Below are positions 38,972 to 48,499 of a DNA stretch of 62,052 bases, piece after piece. The stretch's first letter is position 1. The number at the start of each line of letters is the position of its first letter. Source of the DNA: Alphaproteobacteria bacterium (GTDB lineage: Bacteria > Pseudomonadota > Alphaproteobacteria > Paracaedibacterales > CAIOTO01); assembly GCA_947488275.1 (NCBI GenBank), contig CANKZX010000003.1, forward strand, positions 1 through 62,052. Reading direction: 5' to 3'. The position numbers and the translations under genes are program-made. The notes beneath the pieces were generated by a model. That model was not told the DNA's origin, did no database searches, and saw only the letters and a program-made list of their open reading frames with translations.

Positions 38972-40801
38972 TTACGCAACTGATTGACGTGTGATACCAT
39001 CGGCGAATTGGAGAGTTGCAAGGCGCCGATAGAGGGCATTTTGTTCGCACAATTCTGCATGTGTCCCAACCCCTTGAATTGTTCCACGATCCATTACAAT
39101 AATGCGTTCTGAGTGAAGGACGGTTGACAGGCGATGGGCAACGACAAGTGTTGTGCGGGTTGTTGTTAAGTATTTTAGCCCTTCCTGGACGGCATGTTCA
39201 TTTTCAGCATCTAATGAACTTGTTGCCTCATCCAGCAGTAAAATACGGGGGTTTCGTAGAATTGCACGCGCAATTGCAATGCGTTGTTTTTGTCCGCCTG
39301 ATAAGCGTATGCCGCGTGTGCCAACTCGTGTATTGATGCCATGGGGTAAACGTTCAATTACATCATCAAGGCGCGCAAGTTGAATAGCTTTCCAAATATC
39401 CTTATCGCTTGCATCAGGGCGTCCATATAAAATGTTATCATAAAGGGTTCCACTGAATAAGGCAGGGTCTTGGGGGACAATACTGATGCGATGACGTAAA
39501 TCGTATAAGGATAAGTCTTTATAGTCGTGTCCATCAATATAGATGGAGCCTTGCTGCGGTTCGTAAAAGCGCATAAGCAGTGATAGGATAGTTGTTTTTC
39601 CAGCTCCAGATGGACCGACAATTGCGACTTTCTCGCCAGGGTTTACCGATAAGACAATGTCATTGAGGGCTGGATTTTCAATATTAGATGGATAGGCAAA
39701 ACTAACATTATGTATGGCGATTGTGCCACGGGCGGGAAGATAGGCAATCTTTTTTGATAGGGATCGTGTAACGGTTGGTTTTACATGAAAGAGTTCAATG
39801 AGTCGATCGGCTGCACCAGATGCCCGTTTTAAGTCCGCAAAGACATCACTGAAGGAACCCGCTGAACCTGCAACAAGCAATGCATAAAACATAAAGGCGG
39901 ATAAGGTTCCTGTTGTCATAAGACTAAGCTGAACGTCACGTATCCCGATCCAAAGGAGGATGCAAATCCCTCCAAAAGCAAGTGCCATCACAAAGCTTGA
40001 TAAAAGAGAACGTTGCCAAATCCGATTAACAGCGGCAGAGAATGTATCTTTTGTGTATGCATCAAATGTTGTGCGGTCGATATTCTCGTGGGTAAAAGCC
40101 TGGCATGTGCGGATATTTGATAATGTTTCTTCTAGAAAACCGCTGAGATCTCCTAAACGATCTTGTGCTGTTTTGGATAAATGGCGCACACGTTGACCGA
40201 ATCGCATGGCTGGTAAAATAATAAGCGGGACAAGAACAAGGGCGTACGCCGCTAGTTTTGGTGCGGTTATGATCATCATGCCAAGACCACCAATTAGTAA
40301 AACACCATTGCGAAGGGCAATTGGAAAGGCTGTCCCAAAAACAATTTGAAGTAAGCTTGTGTCAGTGGTAAGACGCGATACAAGTTCACCCGACCGTGTA
40401 TATTCATAGTAACTGACATCTAGTGCCAGAAGATGATTGAAAAGATCTTGACGAAGGCTTGCTGTGATGCGTTCACTAAGCCATCCTACATAATAGCAGC
40501 GGCAAAAGCTGAAAAATGACAAGACAAGGATAATGGCAAAAATACCACTAAGTGTTGCCAATAGTTGGGTATTGCTTTCAAAGAGAAAACCAGTATCAAT
40601 CACATGTCTTACAACATAACCTAAAACAAGGACGATACCTCCTGCACCAAGAACGGATAAAAAAGACATAATCACATGCCATCGAAATGGGCGTGCGTAT
40701 CTGTAAAATAAGGCTAATTTTTTGAGGCTTTTACCAATGGTGTGAGGCGAAGGTGGGCGTTCAATGTCTCTTGCCGCATCGTATGGGCTGTTTTCGCGCA
40801 T
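38972..40801 (-). CDS. ABC exporter, fused permease/ATPase (MsbA-like family)
   Basis: SRLTTDT, GPSGAGKT, LSGGQKQRIAIARA, DEATSSLD. Confidence 0.9.
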   Translation of the reverse strand: MRENSPYDAARDIERPPSPHTIGKSLKKLALFYRYARPFRWHVIMSFLSVLGAGGIVLVLGYVVRHVIDTGFLFESNTQLLATLSGIFAIILVLSFFSFCRCYYVGWLSERITASLRQDLFNHLLALDVSYYEYTRSGELVSRLTTDTSLLQIVFGTAFPIALRNGVLLIGGLGMMIITAPKLAAYALVLVPLIILPAMRFGQRVRHLSKTAQDRLGDLSGFLEETLSNIRTCQAFTHENIDRTTFDAYTKDTFSAAVNRIWQRSLLSSFVMALAFGGICILLWIGIRDVQLSLMTTGTLSAFMFYALLVAGSAGSFSDVFADLKRASGAADRLIELFHVKPTVTRSLSKKIAYLPARGTIAIHNVSFAYPSNIENPALNDIVLSVNPGEKVAIVGPSGAGKTTILSLLMRFYEPQQGSIYIDGHDYKDLSLYDLRHRISIVPQDPALFSGTLYDNILYGRPDASDKDIWKAIQLARLDDVIERLPHGINTRVGTRGIRLSGGQKQRIAIARAILRNPRILLLDEATSSLDAENEHAVQEGLKYLTTTRTTLVVAHRLSTVLHSERIIVMDRGTIQGVGTHAELCEQNALYRRLATLQFADGITRQSVA

Positions 40802-40838
40802 ATGGCAAACCTAACGAATAATAAAGAATCGGATTCAG

Positions 40839-40914
40839 TGGTGGAGCCGAGGGGAATCGAACCCCTGACCTCTACAATGCCATTGTAGCGCTCTACCAAC
40901 TGAGCTACGACCCC
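40839..40914 (-). tRNA. tRNA-Ala (GGC)
   Basis: GGGGTCGTAGCTCAGTTGGTAGAGCGCTACAATGGCATTGTAGAGGTCAGGGGTTCGATTCCCCTCGGCTCCACCA; G3:U70 pair, encoded CCA. Confidence 0.97.
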
Positions 40915-40993
40915 GAATAAAATAGTTATACGTTTTTTGAGACTGTGATGCAAGTATTTCAAGTCGTGCTTGTTATGAAAATGGAATTGACAC

Positions 40994-41057
40994 AAATCTG
41001 TCCCTCTTTAGAAGGACAGATTTTGATAAATCTTTCCCTTTCCAGAGGTATAGATTT
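40994..41057. repeat. Tandem pair of 30-bp palindromes (AAATCT-N18-AGATTT), 34-bp period
   Basis: AAATCTGTCCCTCTTTAGAAGGACAGATTT and AAATCTTTCCCTTTCCAGAGGTATAGATTT, preceded by TTGACA at 40987. Confidence 0.7.
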
Positions 41058-41072
41058 ATAAAACCCACGGTG

Positions 41073-41280
41073 TATACACAACACCGATGATTTTTAGCAG
41101 AAGATAATGTTATCATCCCCCCGTCATCACGAAAAAGCCGAAGGCTTTTGTGGTGATCCAGTGGCTGTTGCGTCAGAAATGCCTGTTACGTCGAAAATGT
41201 TTGTTTTTCTGGATATACACACCTGTTACGCAGGTTCGCTATGACGGCAGAATTGCTAAAAATCATCGGTGTTGGGTGTA
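41073..41280. mobile_element. MITE family A, full copy (opposite orientation)
   Basis: TATACACAACACCGATGATTTTTAGCAG ... TGCTAAAAATCATCGGTGTTGGGTGTA. Confidence 0.85.
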
Positions 41281-43118
41281 TAGTTTGTTGGCGTATAACG
41301 CATTTCTATGGGCTGGAAATAGTGTTTACGTGCTGAATACAGATATTCAAGTAAGTTTATGTCTTCGTTGTGTGGCGGTATTTCTTCGCTTAAGAGTGGA
41401 GTGTCATTTGTATCATCAAGAACAGTCATAAAGGATGCGTAGGGGGATGTGCGTATTGGATCAGCGTTATGATGATGTGCTTCATCACGATGCTTTGTTG
41501 TTCTTTTATGGTGTGGAGCTTCTATTTGTTTGATTTGTGCCGTTTGAGCGTGATGGGAATGGGGGGGAGTTGGTTTAGTACCTGTAGGTAAGGTATGTGC
41601 CGTGTGCTCAGCATGGGTGTGATTGCAATTTTCGTGGTGCTTATGCGTGTGATCTTTTTTAATGGCACCTGTCATTTGTTTGTTTTGAAGGGAGGGCGTA
41701 GGACGATACGAATGAATATTAGCGTGGGTGTTTGAATGGATATGGGCAGGTTTTGCTGTTCCTTGGCTATGACAGCAACTTCCTTTATGTTTATGTATTC
41801 CGTCAGTCATGCGTGATGGCTGCATTGTTTTGGTGCCATTCATGGATGCTGTGTGATAGACGTGGGCGTTTGCGGATTTTGTTCCTTGGCAGCAACTTCC
41901 CCTGTGTTTGTGTGCGGCTGGCGATGTTTTTGTCGGTTGCATTGGTCGTGATGTATTTTGAAATGATAGTGCACGATAGGGGGGTGAGCTTACAGGTGAC
42001 GTGCTTCTGCTCGAACAACAGCTTCCATTATGTTGATGCGCTGTGCTTTGGGCGTTATTCATGGAAGATGCTGCAAACGTTTGTTTTCTTTTTCTTTTTT
42101 TCTTTTGTCTTGTGGCGGGAGGAGGGGGTGTTCCTATCTCCATACAAAACATACTTGAAAAAAAGCCAGTGTTTGCTTCTGTGTCCTCTGATGTGCTTTC
42201 TTTTGTTTCTGGTTTTGTTGTGATCTCTCTGTTTTCTTCTTGAGCAACAGATGTGCTTTCACTTGTGCCAGATATAATATCAACGTCACGAATGGGGGCT
42301 TCGGTCATTCGCTTTTCAATATCTGATAACATGTTGATTTTGCCTGGTTCAGTCCCGATTGGAATGTGTACTTCAAGACCGATATAATAGTCTCTTTTTC
42401 GTATATTATCATGTCTAAATTCGGCTTGCAGTGATATGTAATCATTGAGCGCATAAGTTGACCGTATTTGCTTTCCTTTGATAGAGGCTACACCATCACG
42501 TCCTTGATAATAGTAACCACCTGCGTATAAGCGAAGTTTTGGGATGCTAGGTACAGAACGACCAATCTCACCATCAAGCCCTCTTAAGGGGATTTCTTTA
42601 TTGATGTGTACATAATCTGTTGAGGTTTCAACCCTTTTGAATCGGTCAAGATCGGCTATTTTTGTTTCAGTTGTATATGTTTTCTTTGTGAATGTTTTAC
42701 TTTCGGGCAGGTATACGTTGCCACGATAATCCCATGTTGTGCTTAAATACTCAGCACCAAAGGTTAGCTGGCTATATTTATTGCCAAGGTTGCTTAATCG
42801 ACGATCAAAATAACCATAAATACCTGTGATATATCCCATGTCACGATTTAACCAACGATGCCCTAGACCAAAGTTTCCTTCTTGATCTTGGTTTGTGTCT
42901 GCCATAAAACGAAAATCAACATAGGTTAATGCATCATGTGTTTGCGTTATTGGGGCAAAAGCACCAATACGACCGAGGTCTCGTTTGTTGCCATATTTAA
43001 GGTTTAGGTCAACTTGAGGATGCCATTTTTTTTGTTCTTCCTCTGCTGCCGTGCAACATGTTATGAACATGTGGAAAAAAAGAATGATATATTTATATTT
43101 TGTATAGATTCGCATCAT
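41256..43118 (-). CDS. Inverse autotransporter beta-domain protein with His/Cys-rich low-complexity passenger
   Basis: Signal peptide; EGNFGLGHR, GIYGYFD, YSQLTFGAE, RGNVYLP, GLDGEIG, RM...IRDVDII; then HxHxGSCC repeats. Confidence 0.8.
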   Translation of the reverse strand: MMRIYTKYKYIILFFHMFITCCTAAEEEQKKWHPQVDLNLKYGNKRDLGRIGAFAPITQTHDALTYVDFRFMADTNQDQEGNFGLGHRWLNRDMGYITGIYGYFDRRLSNLGNKYSQLTFGAEYLSTTWDYRGNVYLPESKTFTKKTYTTETKIADLDRFKRVETSTDYVHINKEIPLRGLDGEIGRSVPSIPKLRLYAGGYYYQGRDGVASIKGKQIRSTYALNDYISLQAEFRHDNIRKRDYYIGLEVHIPIGTEPGKINMLSDIEKRMTEAPIRDVDIISGTSESTSVAQEENREITTKPETKESTSEDTEANTGFFSSMFCMEIGTPPPPATRQKKKRKRKQTFAASSMNNAQSTAHQHNGSCCSSRSTSPVSSPPYRALSFQNTSRPMQPTKTSPAAHKHRGSCCQGTKSANAHVYHTASMNGTKTMQPSRMTDGIHKHKGSCCHSQGTAKPAHIHSNTHANIHSYRPTPSLQNKQMTGAIKKDHTHKHHENCNHTHAEHTAHTLPTGTKPTPPHSHHAQTAQIKQIEAPHHKRTTKHRDEAHHHNADPIRTSPYASFMTVLDDTNDTPLLSEEIPPHNEDINLLEYLYSARKHYFQPIEMRYTPTNYTPNTDDF

Positions 43119-43360
43119 TCTATATATTCTGATATAGGGTATTGAAATAGGAATTTATTTTATAGTGTAACATATTAGAAAATGTCATTAATTTCAAGCA
43201 TGATCGGACTTTCTGTTGTTTAAGTGCCTATACAAGCTGAATGATCCCCGTTTTATAAAAAAACCTTTGCACTTTGGTTTTGATCAAAGCATACTACGGA
43301 AAAGTCCACATTCCATTAATGGGATTGGTAAGGGTATGCATAAATAAAAAGGAGACAGAA

Positions 43361-43888
43361 ATGACAGCACCGTTAATGCCAAAGGCAACGGCCGTATGGT
43401 TGATTGAAAATACAGCACTTAGTTTTGAGCAAATTTCGAGTTTCTGTCATATTCATATCTTGGAAATCCAGGCGCTTGCTGATAATGAAGGTTCAATTCG
43501 TATTGTTGGCTTTGACCCAATCGCATCATCGCAGCTTGATCTTGAAGAAATTCATCGCTGTGAAAAAGATCCTGCGGCACGCCTTTCAATTCGACCAGCG
43601 ATTAGTGCTGATTCTGTTTTGGGTAAGAAAAAAACACGTTATACACCTGTGTCTAAACGTCAAGATCGCCCTGATGCCATTGCATGGATGATTAAATTTT
43701 ACCCTGATGTTCCAGAAGTTGCCTTAACGCGTCTTTTGGGGACAACCAAACCAATGGTTCGTGCCGTAAAGACAAAAACACACTGGAATGCAGCGCAAAT
43801 TAAGCCAAGACATCCTGTTCAATTAGGATTTTGTACACAAGCTGAATTAGATGCTGTTGTTGGTGCCTACGGTCTAAAGCAAGAGTAA
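43361..43888 (+). CDS. trcR: DUF1013 / TrcR cell-cycle transcriptional regulator
   Basis: PLMPKATAVWLIENTALSF.QI, RYTPVSKRQDRPDAIAW, THWN; RBS AAGGAG before 43361. Confidence 0.85.
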   Translation: MTAPLMPKATAVWLIENTALSFEQISSFCHIHILEIQALADNEGSIRIVGFDPIASSQLDLEEIHRCEKDPAARLSIRPAISADSVLGKKKTRYTPVSKRQDRPDAIAWMIKFYPDVPEVALTRLLGTTKPMVRAVKTKTHWNAAQIKPRHPVQLGFCTQAELDAVVGAYGLKQE

Positions 43889-43898
43889 TAGCCTTTTA

Positions 43899-45671
43899 AT
43901 GAATACGAAAAATGAATATGAAACGCGAAAGCTTGTTAAGCGTTTAATGCGTCAGTTTATAGCGCCTTATGTTAGGCGCTTGCTTTTAGCTTTTCTCTTT
44001 ATGGTACTGGCAGCCCTGGCAACGGCTGCTGTTCCTGCACTTATTAAACCTGTTATTGATGATGTGTTTATTAAGGCAGATGGGCATGTATTGGTATTTG
44101 TCTGTATGGGGGTCTTGTTGGCGTTTGGTGTGAAAGGGGCTGCATCATACGCGGAAGCTGTTATCATGACATTTGTTGGACAGCGTATTATTTCCGATAT
44201 TCAAAACTGTCTTTTTAAACATCTAATGAAGGCTGATCTTGCTTTTTTCCATGCAACGCCAAGCGGTGAGCTTCTTTCACGTTTTACAAACGATGTGAAT
44301 ATGATGCGAAATGCGATGGCCAATACGTTGATTGGTTTAGGTAAAGATTTGCTGACACTCGTTTGTTTGATTATGCTTATGTTTTATCGTGATTTTACAT
44401 TAACCTGTGTTGCCTTTGTTGTCTTTCCAACGGCAATTTTGCCTATTTTAAAAATTGGTCGCCGTATGCGTAAAGTAACGTTTCATACCCAGGATCAGCA
44501 GGCAACGTTAACCAATCAATTAACGCAAGTGTTTCAGGGGATACGTGTTGTTAAAGCCTATGGTATGGAAACGGTTGAGGCGGAACGTATTCAACAACAA
44601 ATAGATCATGTTTTTGCATTGATTTATAAGTCAACGCGCATTCGATCGGCATCTCATCCAATTGTTGAAACGCTTGGTGGTCTTGCTGTTGTGTCTGTTA
44701 TTGCCTATGGTGGGTGGCAAGTCATGCATCACACGCGAACGGCTGGTGATCTTATATCATTTATTTTGGCGCTGATTTTGATTTATGAACCTGTTAAACG
44801 ACTTAGTAATTTAAATGCCAGCTTGCAAGAAGGGTTGGCCGCCGCTTATCGTGTGTTTGAAATTTTGGATATGCCCCCCGCCATTCAAAACAAAGATAAG
44901 GCGATTATTTTGCCACGGGTTAAGGGGCATATTGAATTTAAAAATGTTTCGTTTGCTTATCACAATAATAAACGTCTTGTGTTAAATGGTTTGTCGTTTG
45001 AGGCGAAAGCAGGGCAAACCATTGCATTGGTCGGTGCAAGTGGTGCTGGCAAATCAACAATTATTAACCTTATTCCACGGTTTTATGACCTTGAAAGTGG
45101 TCAAATTTTAATTGATGGACACGATGTGAGAGATGTGTCCTTGCAATCGCTTCGTGAACAAATTGCGTTAGTGAGTCAAGAAATAGCCCTTTTTGATCGT
45201 CGTATCTTTGATAATATTGCCTATAGCGAATCTGATGTATCGATGGATGATGTGGTGAAGGCAGCCAAGGCAGCGGCAGCGCATGAATTTATTGAACGTC
45301 TGCCAGAGGGGTATCATACGTTCGTTGGTGAGAATGGGGTTAATTTATCAGGTGGGCAACGTCAGCGTATTGCAATTGCCCGTGCGATGTTAAAGAATGC
45401 GCCCATATTATTGTTGGATGAAGCAACATCTGCCCTTGATACTGATTCAGAGCGTCAGATTCAAGATGCGCTTGCGCTATTAATGAAGGGGCGAACAACT
45501 ATTTTAATCGCGCACCGATTATCGACAGTTGTTGATGCCGATTGGATTTATGTACTGGATCATGGGTGTTTGGTGGAGCAGGGACGTCATCAAGATTTGC
45601 TTGCCAATAAAGGGGTCTATGCCCGATTATGGAAAAAACAATCAACAACCAAAATGAAAGATACCCACTGA
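43899..45671 (+). CDS. msbA: Lipid A exporter MsbA-type ABC transporter
   Basis: SRFTNDV, YEPVKRL, GASGAGKS, LSGGQRQR, DEATSALD; near the lpt genes. Confidence 0.75.
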   Translation: MNTKNEYETRKLVKRLMRQFIAPYVRRLLLAFLFMVLAALATAAVPALIKPVIDDVFIKADGHVLVFVCMGVLLAFGVKGAASYAEAVIMTFVGQRIISDIQNCLFKHLMKADLAFFHATPSGELLSRFTNDVNMMRNAMANTLIGLGKDLLTLVCLIMLMFYRDFTLTCVAFVVFPTAILPILKIGRRMRKVTFHTQDQQATLTNQLTQVFQGIRVVKAYGMETVEAERIQQQIDHVFALIYKSTRIRSASHPIVETLGGLAVVSVIAYGGWQVMHHTRTAGDLISFILALILIYEPVKRLSNLNASLQEGLAAAYRVFEILDMPPAIQNKDKAIILPRVKGHIEFKNVSFAYHNNKRLVLNGLSFEAKAGQTIALVGASGAGKSTIINLIPRFYDLESGQILIDGHDVRDVSLQSLREQIALVSQEIALFDRRIFDNIAYSESDVSMDDVVKAAKAAAAHEFIERLPEGYHTFVGENGVNLSGGQRQRIAIARAMLKNAPILLLDEATSALDTDSERQIQDALALLMKGRTTILIAHRLSTVVDADWIYVLDHGCLVEQGRHQDLLANKGVYARLWKKQSTTKMKDTH

Positions 45672-45676
45672 TAATG

Positions 45677-45703
45677 ACCCGCGGATTGGTATCCACGGGG
45701 TTT
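45677..45703. terminator. Hairpin between convergent genes
   Basis: ACCCGCGGAT-TGGT-ATCCACGGGGT followed by T run. Confidence 0.5.
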
Positions 45704-45764
45704 TATCTTGAAATGCTGTCTCTCTGGTAAAATGCTTTATTTGAGTCGACGATGCGTGAAATAA

Positions 45765-45959
45765 CTAGTGATCATTGTCATTGTTTGTTACAGGGATCGC
45801 TTCACATTTATGGCTTGTGACGTTGCACTTTAATGTTGGTGTCACTGATTGCACTTGACAATTTTGATCTGTTGTGCAGGCGTCTCCTACTTTTGGGTCT
45901 GCAAAAACGTTCGATATCATAGAAAAAATAAAGGCTACACATGCGATGCTTTTTAACAT
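45765..45959 (-). CDS. Small secreted cysteine-rich protein
   Basis: Signal peptide (VFA/D), four Cys in the mature part, RBS GAGAGGA upstream. Confidence 0.7.
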   Translation of the reverse strand: MLKSIACVAFIFSMISNVFADPKVGDACTTDQNCQVQSVTPTLKCNVTSHKCEAIPVTNNDNDH

Positions 45960-46144
45960 AATTTATATCCTCTCATTTTAAAAACTGAATACAGTATGTT
46001 TTTTTGTATTCGTAGTGTGATTATAAGTATAATTTATTAACATTGTGTTAATAACATAAACATGCCCATTTTTTGGTTACGCCAGCAAAGCTGGTTTGCC
46101 AAGATGGTGAATGTAAGATTTTATGCAGTGCCCACGTTCTTCTT

Positions 46145-46206
46145 CATGTCTTGCCTGGACTTGACTTGGGCATCTGGATCCGTGGATCAAGCCCGAGTAT
46201 GACATG
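46145..46206. repeat. Degenerate second-class REP/RPE-like palindrome
   Basis: CATGTCTTGCCTGGACTTGACTTGGGCATC..GATCAAGCCCGAGTATGACATG. Confidence 0.55.
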
Positions 46207-46226
46207 TATGTGGTGAGTAGTTACAT

Positions 46227-48497
46227 TTATTGTGATAAACCTGCGGTAAGTGGGCTCGGCTGATACGTTGGCGCACCCAATACATTTAAATTCGTCAATG
46301 TTTTAAAGTTGATGGATAATAAAAAGCTGGTATCAGGTTTCAAATCGCGATCGTGGTAACCTGATCGATACACACCCATATTAAAGGCAAAGCATTCATC
46401 TTCGTACGTTGCGGCAATAAAGGTTGCAAGGCTTGTTCCTCCATTCTTTTGTTTCAGATTTCGTATCTGTCCAACAGATAGACTCCATGTTTCGGTGAAT
46501 TTTGAGGATACTTGAAGGTTCAATTGCGAAATATAGTTATTTTTTTGTGTGGCATTCTTATTAAGAAAAACATGGGCGGCATCAATTTTAAAAATTGGTT
46601 TTCCAATGCTTGTGCCAAATTCGGAATAACGTACGGTTTTAAAGCTTGGGTTGATGGCCATACGATAACGGTTTGATAGCCACGAGGCAGGCTTTGCCTT
46701 GATTCGCATAATCATGTCTGTTTTATTTGTGTCTTCCCCAAGACCATTTCGTACGACATGTTGATTATCCAGACGCCGTGATTGCCCTAAAAAGAGAGCA
46801 ACCATACGTTGTTTTGAAAAACGAAGTTCGTTTTCAATACCTGTGATTGATCTGGTGCCTGTGTCAACACGGTCAATTCCATCAAAACGATTGGCAGCAA
46901 AAAGATTGGTATCGTCCAGCTCAAACGTTTGGGAGTCTTCGTTTGGAATATAGCGATTATTAAGAGTTGTTGGATTGGATACAAGTGTCGTTTGTGGTTT
47001 TATAACCCAGTTTGTAAGAGACATCCGTTTTTGGAATGGCCATTGCCAATCAAGGCTTCCTTGGGGAAACACACGTATATGCCGATGTTCAAGCGTTTTA
47101 CTTTGATTGATTGTTGTCGTATCGGTTGTGGCATAATAGCGACGCATCATGTATACATCACCGCGCGCCTTTGTTTGTGCGGTAATGATTTGCCCGTACG
47201 GTAAAACCAAGGGGCGTTGCCATGATACACCATTTGAAAGGCGGTACATGTTGGTGCCTGAGCGCCCTGGGACTGGATAGTCGCGATATAAGGCAAGAAC
47301 GTCACCTTCAACCGCAAAATCGCCGCCAATGTGAGGGGCATTTGTTTGATAGTGATACATCCCCTTTGGCAAAACGATAGGTGTTGTTTTAGGGGCATCG
47401 GTTTGAAAGAAAAGCGATTTCATATCCATGTACGTTGTATCGGTAAAGCGTTGCCAGGTGATGTTTGAACGCAAACTTTTATTATCGCTGATAAAGGGTG
47501 ATTGGCGAATCAAACGGTACCTTGATAGGTAGGTCGTGTCGCTGGCGCGATTTAAATCCATGCTGAGTCGTTGTTCATCATTAATATCAACACGCGATTG
47601 CATAGCAACGTTCCAACGATCCGCACTTGGTTCTCTGGGACCATTCCAAGCTTCTGGATCTTGTTTTGCTTTCTTTGGTAAATTATTTGTTTTCGTATAG
47701 CTTCCATTAACCTTAAAAGCACCATCATGGAAACGTTGACGATATTCACCTTTAATGATGCCTGATTGTTTGGTTGTGAGAACAGGTGTTAAGGTGATGT
47801 CATTTTGATCTGAAATCACATAATACACAGGAATACCAAAAGTGTAGCCAAGGTCTTGGTTGCTTCCAAATTCAGGTGATAAAATACCCGATTGACGTTT
47901 GACGGTGGGGTCAGGATGATAAAAATAGGGCGTGTAGAATATGGGGACTCCTTTTACCTCTAATCGTGCATTTGTATACACAATGGTTTGTTTATCTTTA
48001 TCATGTGTGATTTTGTCGGCCTTTAACTGCCACATTGGTTTTTTTGTGCTGCATAACGTGCAGGGGGTATAATCTGCCATTTCCATTGTGGATACAATGC
48101 CATTTTGACGGTGTCCTGTGGCAGCATGTAGGGTCGTTTTATCTTTTGTAAGGAGTGTTAATGTTTTGATTGTTCCTGTTTTAAAGTCGTGTGATAGTGA
48201 TAGTTCTTCTGCTTCAATGACATCTTGGTTGATGTCTGTGTAGTGGATTTTACCAGAGGACGAGCTATAGGCAGTAAGCGTACTGTCTTTTGTATTGTAT
48301 ATCAGTTTTGATGCATCAAGTGTTCGTATGCCTTTGCTATTTTCCTGGGTAAGATGAACATGTCCTTCAGCTGTGATCGTGCTGTTTGCTGCATCATATT
48401 GGATGCGATCAGCTGTTAAATTCACAGGAATATCGGTAGCCATCACGATGTGTGTGGTCATGATTATGGTTATAGAGCCGAACAGGTAATGATTCAT
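46227..48497 (-). CDS. lptD: LPS-assembly protein LptD
   Basis: OstA N-domain, YTPC..C, P.WQL.A..I.HD, KRQSGIL.P, NRFDGIDR, YEDECF. Confidence 0.93.
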   Translation of the reverse strand: MNHYLFGSITIIMTTHIVMATDIPVNLTADRIQYDAANSTITAEGHVHLTQENSKGIRTLDASKLIYNTKDSTLTAYSSSSGKIHYTDINQDVIEAEELSLSHDFKTGTIKTLTLLTKDKTTLHAATGHRQNGIVSTMEMADYTPCTLCSTKKPMWQLKADKITHDKDKQTIVYTNARLEVKGVPIFYTPYFYHPDPTVKRQSGILSPEFGSNQDLGYTFGIPVYYVISDQNDITLTPVLTTKQSGIIKGEYRQRFHDGAFKVNGSYTKTNNLPKKAKQDPEAWNGPREPSADRWNVAMQSRVDINDEQRLSMDLNRASDTTYLSRYRLIRQSPFISDNKSLRSNITWQRFTDTTYMDMKSLFFQTDAPKTTPIVLPKGMYHYQTNAPHIGGDFAVEGDVLALYRDYPVPGRSGTNMYRLSNGVSWQRPLVLPYGQIITAQTKARGDVYMMRRYYATTDTTTINQSKTLEHRHIRVFPQGSLDWQWPFQKRMSLTNWVIKPQTTLVSNPTTLNNRYIPNEDSQTFELDDTNLFAANRFDGIDRVDTGTRSITGIENELRFSKQRMVALFLGQSRRLDNQHVVRNGLGEDTNKTDMIMRIKAKPASWLSNRYRMAINPSFKTVRYSEFGTSIGKPIFKIDAAHVFLNKNATQKNNYISQLNLQVSSKFTETWSLSVGQIRNLKQKNGGTSLATFIAATYEDECFAFNMGVYRSGYHDRDLKPDTSFLLSINFKTLTNLNVLGAPTYQPSPLTAGLSQ

Positions 48498-48499
48498 AA

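Noticed and set aside
40714-40995. 93-aa ORF
   Set aside because: Reads through the tRNA-Ala gene; spurious.
41150-41431. ORFs within MITE copies (also 10797-11015, 12599-12823, 56483-56671) as genes
   Set aside because: They are translations of repeat sequence with no RBS or independent support.
40839-43200. Genomic island integrated at tRNA-Ala
   Set aside because: No duplicated tRNA 3' end or integrase seen, and the accessory DNA lies on the tRNA's 5' side.
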